The notes: generated by a model not told the origin, from the letters alone. Shown: positions 29,916-38,657, numbered from the stretch's first letter. The stretch is 64,000 nt of DNA from an uncultured delta proteobacterium (GCA_963716725.1 CAVQUB010000034.1:119281-183280); one strand, 5' to 3'. Translations and numbers: made by a program.

Positions 29916-30025
29916 GAGCTGCCAGACCAGGACGTGACCGTGAGAGGCGCGGTCAGCATCGCCCGCCGGCTGCAAGATCCGCTCTCCGAGTTGGTGAAGA
30001 TCGATCCCAAGAGCGTCGGCGTCGG
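29916..30025 (+). pseudogene. 110-bp internal fragment of tex
   Basis: Matches 39930-40039 with 3 substitutions. Confidence 0.9.
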
Positions 30026-30149
30026 GGGCGCCGTATGATCCTCAGGAGAGCGCATGCCGAAGAAGCTGAGCGCCTGGGTCGGGTTGGGCTGCGTGATGCT
30101 CGCTGCTGCCGGTTGCTCCGCACCCTCGGACGACGCGCTGAGCCTGCGG

Positions 30150-30487
30150 GTGAGGGAGGCAAAGCACGACCGGCCTTCGGCGGGTTCATCGTCTGCCATA
30201 ATTCTCGTTAGCGATGGTTGTAAGTTTGTGAGATCAGCGAAGCAACGGCACTCAACCTGCGACGCGAAGCAGCAGGGGTAGTTGGTGCACGATGCCACGA
30301 TCTCGCCCTTTGCAACGCCAGCATCCAGCGGACGGCAGGTGCAGGTCTTGTTGACGTTGTCGGCAGAGCAGTGCCATGCGGGCTCGTCGGACACGTGACC
30401 GCAGTTGATCGCCGGTGCGGCAATGAACGTGGCGAGGCATACGCGCACGGTCGTGCGCCAGGTTTGCTGAGCCCTGACACTCGCCAT
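30150..30487 (-). pseudogene. Cys-rich secreted cassette protein, 3'-truncated
   Basis: Starts just after the attC R'; CTC...SCTNYPCC...CRC; end approximate. Confidence 0.4.
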
Positions 30488-30497
30488 TGGTGTTGCC

Positions 30498-30593
30498 GCC
30501 TAACGAGGCCGCTCAGCCGCGAGCGGCGCCACGAGTCTACCACCCTTGCGAGACGGGCGAACGCCGGTCGTCGGCTGCAGCGGCTTGTTAGAC
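30498..30593 (-). repeat. Canonical attC site (96 bp)
   Basis: Minus strand GTCTAAC-AAGCCGCTGCAGCCGAC...GCGGCTGAGCGGCCTC-GTTAGGC; R'' overlaps a TAA. Confidence 0.9.
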
Positions 30594-30905
30594 CGCTGTA
30601 GCCAACTCGAGAAAGCACGTACGAAGTTCCTGCTCGACGGCCGGCGTCGGAACTCCAGCCGAGGCGAGGAAGTCAGCGAATAGAAGGAGCGTTCCGTAAA
30701 GATCTTCACCGTCAGTCGGGTACAGCGCGCAGATCACGGCGCGGACGGCAGCAGCGTGCGACGGATCTGAGGCGGCATCAACGAAATGCCAGCACGCAAC
30801 GCGCGCGTTCACGACATCCGCTAGCGGTTGGGTTCCGTGGTGATAGTCCCGAATCACGAGCAGTGCGGTGCGAGCGGTCTCCGGCAGGCCCTCCTCAATA
30901 AGCCG
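30588..30905 (-). pseudogene. 5'-truncated cassette gene
   Basis: Plausible helical protein C-terminus ending in the attC R''; no start codon; abuts a DUF559 leader. Confidence 0.55.
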
Positions 30906-30907
30906 GT

Positions 30908-31250
30908 TTCTCCGAGGCCCGGCACCCCTTCGAGTGTCACGAAGCGCGTCGTGGTGGGCGGGCTTCGCGATCCCTGGCGCACGATCTGTGACGCGCCGCC
31001 CGTTGCGCTTCGCTCGGAGGCGCCGGCTCTCGAGCTCGGGACGTCGCGTCTCGCAGGCGCGCGGCGTGGCGCAGACCGTGCGCCGCCGAGCGGAGCCCGA
31101 CCGCCACGCAGAGCCGAGGCCCACCCGGCTCGCGCACGTCACCTCAGCGGGAGCGCGGCGACCACGCGAACGCGCCCCCCCAATCGCGCGCAGCGCGATT
31201 AAGGGGGGGACCGCCGAGCGCAGTGAGGCGAGGGGGGGGGGCAACCCGAG
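30908..31250 (-). repeat. DUF559 module leader without the ORF (copy 3)
   Basis: Aligns to 23522-23833 including hairpin and GCAACCCGAG boundary. Confidence 0.85.
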
Positions 31251-31343
31251 CGGAGGAATTTGGGGATCGCGGGGTGAGAGGCGGGCGGGGGGAACGGGTG
31301 GGGGATCCCCCCGGTCGAACACCCCGCTGTCTGGTTGACGATT
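31251..31343 (+). repeat. Diverged purC tail (RRNLGIAG*) + downstream palindrome
   Basis: Aligns to 19385-19474. Confidence 0.85.
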
Positions 31344-31498
31344 GAGGCGTTCGGCAACGAACGCCGAGACGAAGGGTATCAGACCGCCGAGCGTTTTCGA
31401 GACGGCGCGTGCCGCAACAAATTGGGCGCCGGCCGCCGCGGAACGGACGGTGATGCTCGCCACTGCCGGTGTTCGGCGGGTGCAACGTCCAGTTATGC
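31333..31498 (-). repeat. attC-like site (166 bp)
   Basis: GGTTGAC...GTTCGGCGGGTGCAACGTCCA-GTTATGC. Confidence 0.75.
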
Positions 31499-31503
31499 GG
31501 TAC

Positions 31504-31797
31504 TCAGCCTCGCGTTTGCCAGGTTGCCGGGTGGCGCTTGCCGTGAGCGACTGCGACGATCGCGATCAAGTCGGGATAGACCCGATAGTACACGCCATAC
31601 GGGAACCGGTTGAGGACCGTGCACCTCAGGCCGCGATACCGGACAGCGAACGAAGTCGGACCTTCGCCGATCTGGCGGACGGCGTCGTCGAGTTCAGCGC
31701 GAAACACGAAACCGAGCCCAGCGCCTTGAGTCTCGTACCACTGGAACGCCTCGAGCGCGTCGACCTCGGCCTCCGTCGTGAAGACGACTGGGGTCAA
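31504..31797 (-). CDS. Type II TA toxin, RelE/ParE family
   Basis: FTTEAEVDALEAFQWYE...GLG...LNRFPYGVYY...IVAVAHGKRHP..W. Confidence 0.9.
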   Translation of the reverse strand: MTPVVFTTEAEVDALEAFQWYETQGAGLGFVFRAELDDAVRQIGEGPTSFAVRYRGLRCTVLNRFPYGVYYRVYPDLIAIVAVAHGKRHPATWQTRG

Positions 31798-32009
31798 CGT
31801 TTTCCGGTCGTCATGCGAGCCCGGACCTGGTCCCAAGGCACGCCGGTCGGGCCCTCCCGATCAAGACGATCGAGTCGTCGGTCCAGCTCAGCGCGAAGCT
31901 CCGACGAAAGCGGGAGGTCCTCGGGCTTGAAGCTGCCCCAGAGTTCGTCGATAAGATCGAGCTTCTCGTCGGCGGTGAGATTCGAGATGTCCACGGCAGG
32001 TTTCGCCAC
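31794..32009 (-). CDS. Addiction-module antitoxin
   Basis: LTADEKLDLIDELWGS...ELDRRL...GVPWDQVRAR; 4-bp overlap with the toxin. Confidence 0.85.
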   Translation of the reverse strand: MAKPAVDISNLTADEKLDLIDELWGSFKPEDLPLSSELRAELDRRLDRLDREGPTGVPWDQVRARMTTGKR

Positions 32010-32087
32010 CCCCGCATGATGCCTCCGGTGGGAAGATCGCGCCAGAACCACCAACCGCGAAGGTGCAGCCATGGCTACCATGCGGCC

Positions 32088-32252
32088 GGATAACGAGACA
32101 CACGTTCACCCGCGAACGCCGAGCGTCAAGTCGTCAGTCGGCAAGGCGCAACAGACGCGGGCGAGTGCCGCATCAGAATGTTCGCCCGCGGAAGCGGAAC
32201 GGACGGTGAAGTCGGCAAGACCGGCGTTCGGCGGGTGCAACGTGAGTTATGC
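32088..32252 (-). repeat. attC site (165 bp)
   Basis: GGATAAC...GTTATGC; duplicate of 26937-27101. Confidence 0.8.
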
Positions 32253-32304
32253 AGCCTCAACCACGACTCGAATGGTTCGGCGGCGCGAAGCACCACGTCT
32301 GAGC

Positions 32305-33084
32305 TCATCGCGTGAACTCTCGCGACAACGTCGCGAGCACGTCGCCAAACGTCTCTTTGATTTTGCCTTTGGAGTACCGAATTTGCTGAATGCCCTGAAC
32401 ATTGCTGAACTCCTCGCACCCTTCCTCGAGCAGCAAGATTGTGTTTCGGAAGCCCAGCCGCCCTTGGAACAACCCTGCCTCGTGGACAACGTTCTGGCGC
32501 GCACGAAGTGTTCCATCGGCCAGTTCGTCTTCGGCCGTCAGAACTAGCAACGCGAACGCAGAGGTGCTCAGCATTTCTTCGAGTACGTCGCGGACGGTGT
32601 GCCCGGCCCGGGCGCCGCTCTCGAATGCTTGCACCGGGTAGCCGTGGAGCTCGTGTAGGTGATCCTTCAGGTCGCGCCACTGCGCGCTCCTTCCGTGCCC
32701 GATGAAGAGTACGGGCTTTGCACGCTTCGCTGGGGCCGGCTGTGGAATGCGCTTCGCAGCCGAAAGCGCGCTCTCGAAAATTGCGAACAGACTTTCGATT
32801 GTTGCACGGGAAGCGGCGCTGACGGAGGTGCGCGTGCGCCAGCCCCAAGCCGTCTTGCCGTCCGAAGAGCCCTGGTACGCGCCATACGCGCCGACGCTGA
32901 CAGCCAGGGCGTCCCCACGAAACATGACGCGGGAATCCCCGCGGGACCGCCTGTAGTCGGCGGCAAACTCGGGAAACGAGTCGTGGTCCCACTCGGCGCC
33001 ATCAACGGTGATCACGAGAGACAGGGGCGCACATGACTCGTCCAGCCTTTGGCACTCCTTCAGCACGCTTTCCAGTGTTTCCAC
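32305..33084 (-). CDS. TIR-like nucleotide-binding domain protein (Cap12/PycTIR-type TIR family)
   Basis: FIGHGRS...FALLVLTAED...ARQNVVHEAGLFQGRLG...SNVQG. Confidence 0.85.
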   Translation of the reverse strand: METLESVLKECQRLDESCAPLSLVITVDGAEWDHDSFPEFAADYRRSRGDSRVMFRGDALAVSVGAYGAYQGSSDGKTAWGWRTRTSVSAASRATIESLFAIFESALSAAKRIPQPAPAKRAKPVLFIGHGRSAQWRDLKDHLHELHGYPVQAFESGARAGHTVRDVLEEMLSTSAFALLVLTAEDELADGTLRARQNVVHEAGLFQGRLGFRNTILLLEEGCEEFSNVQGIQQIRYSKGKIKETFGDVLATLSREFTR

Positions 33085-33160
33085 CCCGAAGTGGGTGAAG
33101 TCGAATACCTTGGTCTTCCGCTCGGGACTTCTCAGTGAGCGGGTCGCTCTCGCGCGGTCC

Positions 33161-33326
33161 GCCCAACGGTTTGGCGTTCACCCGCGAACGCCGAGACCAA
33201 GAGATACCAGAGAGCGCGGCGGTGCACACGCGGGCGAGTGCCGCAGAACGAAGGGTGCACGCGGCTGTGGAACGGACGGTTCAGAGCGGTACGGCCGGCG
33301 GTCGGCGGGTGCAACGTGAGTTAGGC
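33161..33326 (-). repeat. attC site (166 bp)
   Basis: GCCCAAC-ggtttggcgTTCACCCGC...GCGGGTGCAACGTGA-GTTAGGC. Confidence 0.85.
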
Positions 33327-33356
33327 GGCGTCAAGAACACGTGGTAAGTTTGGGGA

Positions 33357-33566
33357 ATGCGCACGTACACGGCAGTCGTGGAACGAGACGCCGACACCGG
33401 CTGGTACGTCGGCCACGTACCGGGTTGGCCCGGTGCGCACTCGCAAGGCGCGACAGAGGACGAGCTCCGTCGGAATCTCGAGGAAGTCATCGCGATGCTC
33501 CTCGAGGATGGCGAGCCGACGCTCGAGTCAGAGTTCGTGGGGACGCAGACAGTCCGGGTTGCGTAG
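33357..33566 (+). CDS. hicB: HicB-family antitoxin (short form)
   Basis: YVGHVPGWPGAHSQGATEDELRRNLEEVI. Confidence 0.85.
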   Translation: MRTYTAVVERDADTGWYVGHVPGWPGAHSQGATEDELRRNLEEVIAMLLEDGEPTLESEFVGTQTVRVA

Positions 33567-33569
33567 GAC

Positions 33570-33794
33570 GTGGGTGACGTTCCCGTTCTGAAACCGCGCG
33601 AAGTGGTCGCGATCCTGGCTCATCTAGGCTTCGCTGAGGTGCGACAACGCGGCTCGCACAAGCAATTTCGCCACTCGGATGGGCGCGTCACGACAGTGCC
33701 GGTTCACACGGGTCGGGACATCTCGCCAAGCCTGGTACGCCAGATCGCGCGCGACATTGGTATGGACGTGCGCGATTTCATCGCGCAGCGGTGA
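33570..33794 (+). CDS. hicA: HicA-family mRNA interferase toxin
   Basis: LGFAEVRQRGSHKQFRH..GRVTTVPVH. Confidence 0.9.
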   Translation: MGDVPVLKPREVVAILAHLGFAEVRQRGSHKQFRHSDGRVTTVPVHTGRDISPSLVRQIARDIGMDVRDFIAQR

Positions 33795-33813
33795 CGAGGG
33801 TCGCCGGGAGTCC

Positions 33814-33843
33814 GCCCAACTGGCGTTCTCCCTCGAACGCCGG
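33814..33843 (-). repeat. Half attC of the DUF559-module type
   Basis: GCCCAACTGGCGTTCTCCCTCGAACGCCGG, as at 23085 and 36774. Confidence 0.75.
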
Positions 33844-34378
33844 GCTCCCACATCCCCCGAGGCCACTCCGCTTCCGAGACCGCGCGCGACGCGCGAAAGA
33901 ACTGACCATGCCGGCGCGGCCGCTGGCGGGTCCTCCCGGGGAAATTCGTGGCCATGGAGTTTCGGGCCCCCACCCACCCCGCGTGGGCTGGAAAAAAGGG
34001 AGGATGGCAGCTCGGGCCGGTCCCGGATTCGAGCCCATATTCCTTCAGCATCGCTCCCTGCCTGGGCCAGTTTGCCGACGACCCAAGCTACCACCTGCCC
34101 GCTGTCTGCATGTCCGCTGTGTCCGTCGAGGCCACCCCGCTCTGGGACGTTGGGCTCAACGAGGGCCGCTGCACCCTGGAGCCCGGGAAGACCTACTACC
34201 TCAACACCATCAGCGCCGTTCTGCCAGATTTGACGACCACCGCGTGCAAGCGAGACGACTATTGCTCCACACCAGTCGATTTCGGCGGCACCGTCGGCTG
34301 GCCTTCGCAGGCCCCGTGATGGTCAAGGGTTGAGGCGGCCCCGTTGAAGCGCTGCCCACCGGTTCCCTCTGGTCCGGA

Positions 34379-34753
34379 GTGTTGGGTGCGGCCGCGGTGG
34401 TGGCGCTGATCGCGGTGGTGGCGCTCATCATCATCTACGCGCGAGCGCCGGCGGAGGGAGCGGTACCTGCCGAACCGTCCGTAGAGATCAGCGGCGCGTC
34501 GAACGAGTCGAGCGAAGCTGCCATGTCGACGCTGTCCGACGCCACCGCCGGCCCTGGACCCATTGCAACTGCGGCTGCGGTCGCCCCGACGCCAACGCCA
34601 GCCAGTGCGCCGCCGCCTGCCACGCCTGGTGTTGTTCCGCCGGGACCCAAGCGTCCGCCCACCGTGCGGCCGCCGAAACCAAAACCGAACTGCGCACCAC
34701 CGTACACCTTGGACAAGGACGGCGTGCGCATTCCGAAACGGGAGTGTTTTTAG
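34379..34753 (+). pseudogene. C-terminal fragment resembling a myxobacterial Ser/Thr kinase extracellular tail
   Basis: TM helix, Pro/Ala linker, terminal CAPPYTLDKDGVRIPKREC; no kinase domain upstream. Confidence 0.5.
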
Positions 34754-34787
34754 ACGGCGCGGATCCCTCGCTGCATGCGCAAACCGT

Positions 34788-35486
34788 TCACGCCGGCTCT
34801 TGCCGCGTCCACAGCCCGGTCCACTCGGGCACTCGCGCCCAGCCGCGCGCAAGCACTTTGGTTGCCAGTTCCGGTCCGAAGAAGAAGCCCAAGCAGCGGG
34901 CGGCGGACGCAGCATCGTCGAACGCGTAGTCCGTCGCGAACTGCCTCCGCTCGAAGCCCTGCTGCTCCAGCCAGGCGTAGTACTCGCCAAGGCGCTCGTT
35001 CGGCGGCGCTGCCGCTTCCTCTGCGGTGCCCAAAGTCTCAATCACCGCCAGCGTTCCTCCGGGAATCACCACGCGCCGCATCTCCGAGAGCGCTTGGGCG
35101 ATGTGCGTCCTCCAGCCCGCTTCCTCCCAATAGCGGAAGTGCCCAAAGACCCAGCCGGCCACAGCGCCGTGCATGCTGTCGTTTTCGAACGGCAACGCGC
35201 GCCCGTCGCCGAGCGTGAGTTCGAGCTGGTGCGGGACGTACTCCGCGAGCTGGGTCCGAGCCACGTCCAACATAGCGGCTTCCGGCTCAAGGGCGACTAC
35301 CTGTGCCCCCTGTTCCAGAAGCAAGCGGGAGACCCGGCCCGTGCCCGCGCCAACATCCAGCAGTCTGCCTGGCACGCTGCTGAAGATGTCGCACAGCGCA
35401 TGCCTCAGGTTGTCGTCCGCGTCCTCTGCGGTCACCAGCTCGTGATAGCGGTCCGCGTGGTTCCGATAGACTTCACGAAACTCCAT
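34788..35486 (-). CDS. Class I SAM-dependent methyltransferase
   Basis: LLDVGAGTG, GDGRALPF. Confidence 0.9.
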   Translation of the reverse strand: MEFREVYRNHADRYHELVTAEDADDNLRHALCDIFSSVPGRLLDVGAGTGRVSRLLLEQGAQVVALEPEAAMLDVARTQLAEYVPHQLELTLGDGRALPFENDSMHGAVAGWVFGHFRYWEEAGWRTHIAQALSEMRRVVIPGGTLAVIETLGTAEEAAAPPNERLGEYYAWLEQQGFERRQFATDYAFDDAASAARCLGFFFGPELATKVLARGWARVPEWTGLWTRQEPA

Positions 35487-36184
35487 GCTGGGACCTCGCA
35501 GCGAAGGGCTACGGAGTCAATCTAGTTTCGCGCGCCATACCTAGCGGAAGGAAAGGTCGACGTTGGCTTCACGCACGGGTCCTGTTGGCGCGTGCCCAGC
35601 TTGGATGTCGTAGTTCACACCTCGCCCTCGTCAGCGAGCCGCGTGCCAAGCAGGTGACGCCAGAATTTCCCGTGACTCCGCTCGCCCTCCAGGTGGCGAA
35701 CTGGCGAAGTCTGACACGATGAGTTTCGAATTGAATGAGGTCTCCGAGGGCGCAACTGGCACCGTGCAAGCCTACGTCGGAGTGTCTGGGCCTAGTTCCC
35801 AGCAGGGATGGCGGACTCCAGCGGGCGCTTGCACGATTGATGTCACCGAGCACACGGTGGTTGATGACAACTATCAGGACATGCGCGAGTACCGAATCGG
35901 GGGTACGGGCTCCTGCGACCAGGGCGCGTCTGGCACGTCGGGAATCGTGGACATCGGCGCGTTTTCCATGCGTGGCGTTCTCTTCTGGGAGAAGTGACCG
36001 ATCCCGCGCGAGCCCCCCGAACGTCTTGCCGCTCAGCCGCAAGCACCAGCAGAGTCGACTCCACGAGACCGCCCCGGAGGGGGTCTCGTCGCTCGCGCGC
36101 GGGACCTAGACGACCATCTGTTCGCAGTGCACCTTCTATCGCGGTGTGAGGGCGGTGGTGGCGTCCACGCGGCGCCGAGGTTCG

Positions 36185-36277
36185 CAAGAACCGAGGCGCT
36201 AAGCCCCGCGCGCAGGGCGGAACGAACAGCAGCCAGTCGGAAAGCCCGCGGTCGTCTGCTGCAACGTCCTGTTAGGC
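36185..36277 (-). repeat. attC-like site; R'' GCCTAAC overlaps the TAA of 36272-36760
   Basis: GTCTGCTGCAACGTCCT-GTTAGGC; the other arm is disrupted (possible arm at about 36015 CCCGAACGTCTTGCCGCTCAGCCGC). Confidence 0.6.
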
Positions 36278-36760
36278 ATCCTCGGCGCCTTCGTCGTAGA
36301 TCCTTGAATAGTTACCGAACTCGGTACCCTTCAAATCGGTGGCGACGACCTGTTCCGCGACGTCATAGTCGACGACGTAGCAGCACACTTCCATCGTGTC
36401 CGAGCCAATACTTCCACCGTCGCACATGCCGAGCCCCGTCCACCCCAACGTTTGGTCCATCCTGTCCTGCAATCGGTATCGCTTCTTCAAATCGGCAGCA
36501 TCCCCGAATCCGTCGACGGTGTATTCAATCAAGAGGATCCGGTGGTCATCGAGTTCGATTGGTTGGTAACCATCACTCACGAAACGATCAATCTCCGCCT
36601 GGACCTTCGTCTCGACCTTGCGCAGCCCGGTCGACCTAACCGTCTTGGATTCGCCTTTCGCGCCCAGACTTCCCCAATGCACCGTGTGAGAACCGTCGTC
36701 GTTGTCCCACGTTTCCCAGTAGAGAATCTGGCTCGGGGTGCGCCTATAAAGCTTTAGCAC
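36272..36760 (-). CDS. Hypothetical cassette protein with WGR-like N-terminus
   Basis: YWETW...VHWGSLG; GWTGLGMCDGGSIG. Confidence 0.75.
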   Translation of the reverse strand: MLKLYRRTPSQILYWETWDNDDGSHTVHWGSLGAKGESKTVRSTGLRKVETKVQAEIDRFVSDGYQPIELDDHRILLIEYTVDGFGDAADLKKRYRLQDRMDQTLGWTGLGMCDGGSIGSDTMEVCCYVVDYDVAEQVVATDLKGTEFGNYSRIYDEGAEDA

Positions 36761-36773
36761 CTGCTTGATGCCT

Positions 36774-36930
36774 GCCTAACTGGCGTTCTCCCTCGAACGC
36801 CGGTGGCAACGATAGCGGAAGACACGGCCGCGGGCACCAGCTCACCGGCCCAGCGCCGCCCGCACCCGCTCGAGCGCCACCGGCAGCGCGCGCTCGACGA
36901 GCGCAGTGAGGCGAGGGGGGGCAACCCGAG
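36774..36930 (-). mobile_element. Internally deleted DUF559 module (copy 4)
   Basis: Half attC + last about 19 codons of the ORF joined directly to GCGCAGTGAGGCGAGGGGGGGCAACCCGAG. Confidence 0.85.
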
Positions 36931-36971
36931 CGGAGCAGCTTGGTGATCGTGGGTGCTGAGGCAACAGCGAC

Positions 36972-37694
36972 TTACTCCGCGGGGTTGGAAGATCGGATTG
37001 CCTCCCACCCGAACGTCTTGGCCTGATGGACCCAGTCAAGCTCGGCAAGAACGGCTTGGCTGCCGAGCTCGCTTGCATGCTTCCACTGGTCCTCGGTCAG
37101 CGGGACGAGCTGCAGCAAATTGAGCTCCATCGCGCCGTCGAGCTCGCCGGTAGTAGCCAGCAGATAGCGCTCGTCTTCTTTTCGCTTCTGCCGGTTTGGG
37201 AAGTCGAGCATCTCGGCGGGCTCGGTTGCCGGAACGATCACGAAGTGAAGCAAGTCATGAAACGCGGCGCCCCACAGATCGAATGCCTTGAACGCCAAAT
37301 CGCCGGGGCCAGCTGTGGCGACATCGTGAGCCAACATGAACAAGAACTCCGCGACTCGCGCGTCTCGCTTTGGCGAGTACGCGATCAGTTCGAGATGCGG
37401 CATCACGCCCTCAGCGCGTTGCGGGACGAAGGCGAGGCCCGCGCTGAGGTACGTCCAATACTCGCGGCCCTCGGACTGACCAAACTCCAACACGAGAAAG
37501 TCTGGCCGATTCGGCAACTCCATCCCGGGGTTCGGTTTCCACTCGTCCGTCGGGTCTCCCAAGAAGTCGATCACGTGAGATATCCAGCGAGCGCGGGCGC
37601 CCCATTGCGCGGAGAGCATCCAGTCCGGAACGCGCGCAGTCGCCGGTTCGGCGCCGACGGTTTGCTTTTTCTTCTTACGGAACCAGCCCAGCAT
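36972..37694 (-). CDS. Suppressor-of-fused (SUFU)-like protein
   Basis: FLVLEF...YWTYLSAGL...ELI...LLQLVPLTEDQW. Confidence 0.7.
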   Translation of the reverse strand: MLGWFRKKKKQTVGAEPATARVPDWMLSAQWGARARWISHVIDFLGDPTDEWKPNPGMELPNRPDFLVLEFGQSEGREYWTYLSAGLAFVPQRAEGVMPHLELIAYSPKRDARVAEFLFMLAHDVATAGPGDLAFKAFDLWGAAFHDLLHFVIVPATEPAEMLDFPNRQKRKEDERYLLATTGELDGAMELNLLQLVPLTEDQWKHASELGSQAVLAELDWVHQAKTFGWEAIRSSNPAE

Positions 37695-37844
37695 GCCTGG
37701 TACTCCCTCGTCCCCACGAGGTTACCGCATTCGCCTGCAAGGTTCCGAAGAGGCGCGGGGGCGCGGGGGCGCGGGCACGCGGGGCCACGCGTGCCGGCGA
37801 CACGGTCGGAAGATGGAACGAAATGCTCGGACATGCGGGCCAGC

Positions 37845-38075
37845 CCGCAGCGCGGCCTCCGAAGCCGTGGGCGCCGCGCGCATCGAGGCGGTGCGGCCGC
37901 CAAGGACCTGTTGACGACGGAGCTGTTGATGGTCGCGAGCGAGCATGGTTCCTCCGAGGCCCGCCGGGCTCGCTCGGCCGCGACAACTCCACGCGAACGT
38001 GTCCCCCCCGATCGCGCGCAGCGCGATTGAGGGGGGGACCGCCGAGCGCAGCGAGGCGAGGGGGGGCAACCCGAG
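37845..38075 (-). mobile_element. Truncated DUF559 module (copy 5): 5' 34 codons + shortened leader
   Basis: MLARDHQQLRRQQ...MRAAPTASEAAL; hairpin and GCAACCCGAG boundary. Confidence 0.85.
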
Positions 38076-38132
38076 CGCGTATGGCGATCGCGGCTCTGGA
38101 TCAACGCGTCTGCTGCAACGGGCAGCCCCCCG

Positions 38133-38549
38133 CTACCTGTTCCCACCGTGGCGACCAACCGCGCCCGAAAACCAGGTTGGCGCTGCCGAGGGATCGGCGA
38201 ACCAGCCCCAGTCGTCGAGCGTTTGCGAGAACTGGCTCCTGTCGTAGATTTCATAGAGGTACGGACTGAGTCCGGAGGCGTAGAGCCCCAGGGCCTCGGC
38301 GACATCGAAGATGTTGTCGTCCGCTTCTCGCGAGGCGATGACTGTTCCCTTGGGTCCACCAAAGTCAGGCAATAGCCCCGCGCACCAGCAGATCGTTCCG
38401 TCGTGCTGCATCGCGAAAGGTGACTCGAATCGAATGCCGAGGTCGGCAGCCGCGTCTTGCCATGCCCGGGCTGCTCGGCTTGCCGCGATGACGTCGCGAT
38501 TGCCGGAAGGCGCCTCACAGTGGCTCACGTTCCGCTTGCGGTAGAGCAT
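38133..38549 (-). CDS. Hypothetical cassette protein
   Basis: AWQDAAADLGIRFESPF...PDFGGPKG...TLDDWGWF; degenerate attC arm at about 38105-38125. Confidence 0.65.
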   Translation of the reverse strand: MLYRKRNVSHCEAPSGNRDVIAASRAARAWQDAAADLGIRFESPFAMQHDGTICWCAGLLPDFGGPKGTVIASREADDNIFDVAEALGLYASGLSPYLYEIYDRSQFSQTLDDWGWFADPSAAPTWFSGAVGRHGGNR

Positions 38550-38657
38550 TCTCTTGCGCTCCGCCTACGGTGCCGAGGCACCGCGCTCGGGCGGCGCAAC
38601 CCGCAGGGCGTCCTGGCGCTTGACGGCGGCAGGCGCCCGCGTTGAAGAATGCGGAGC

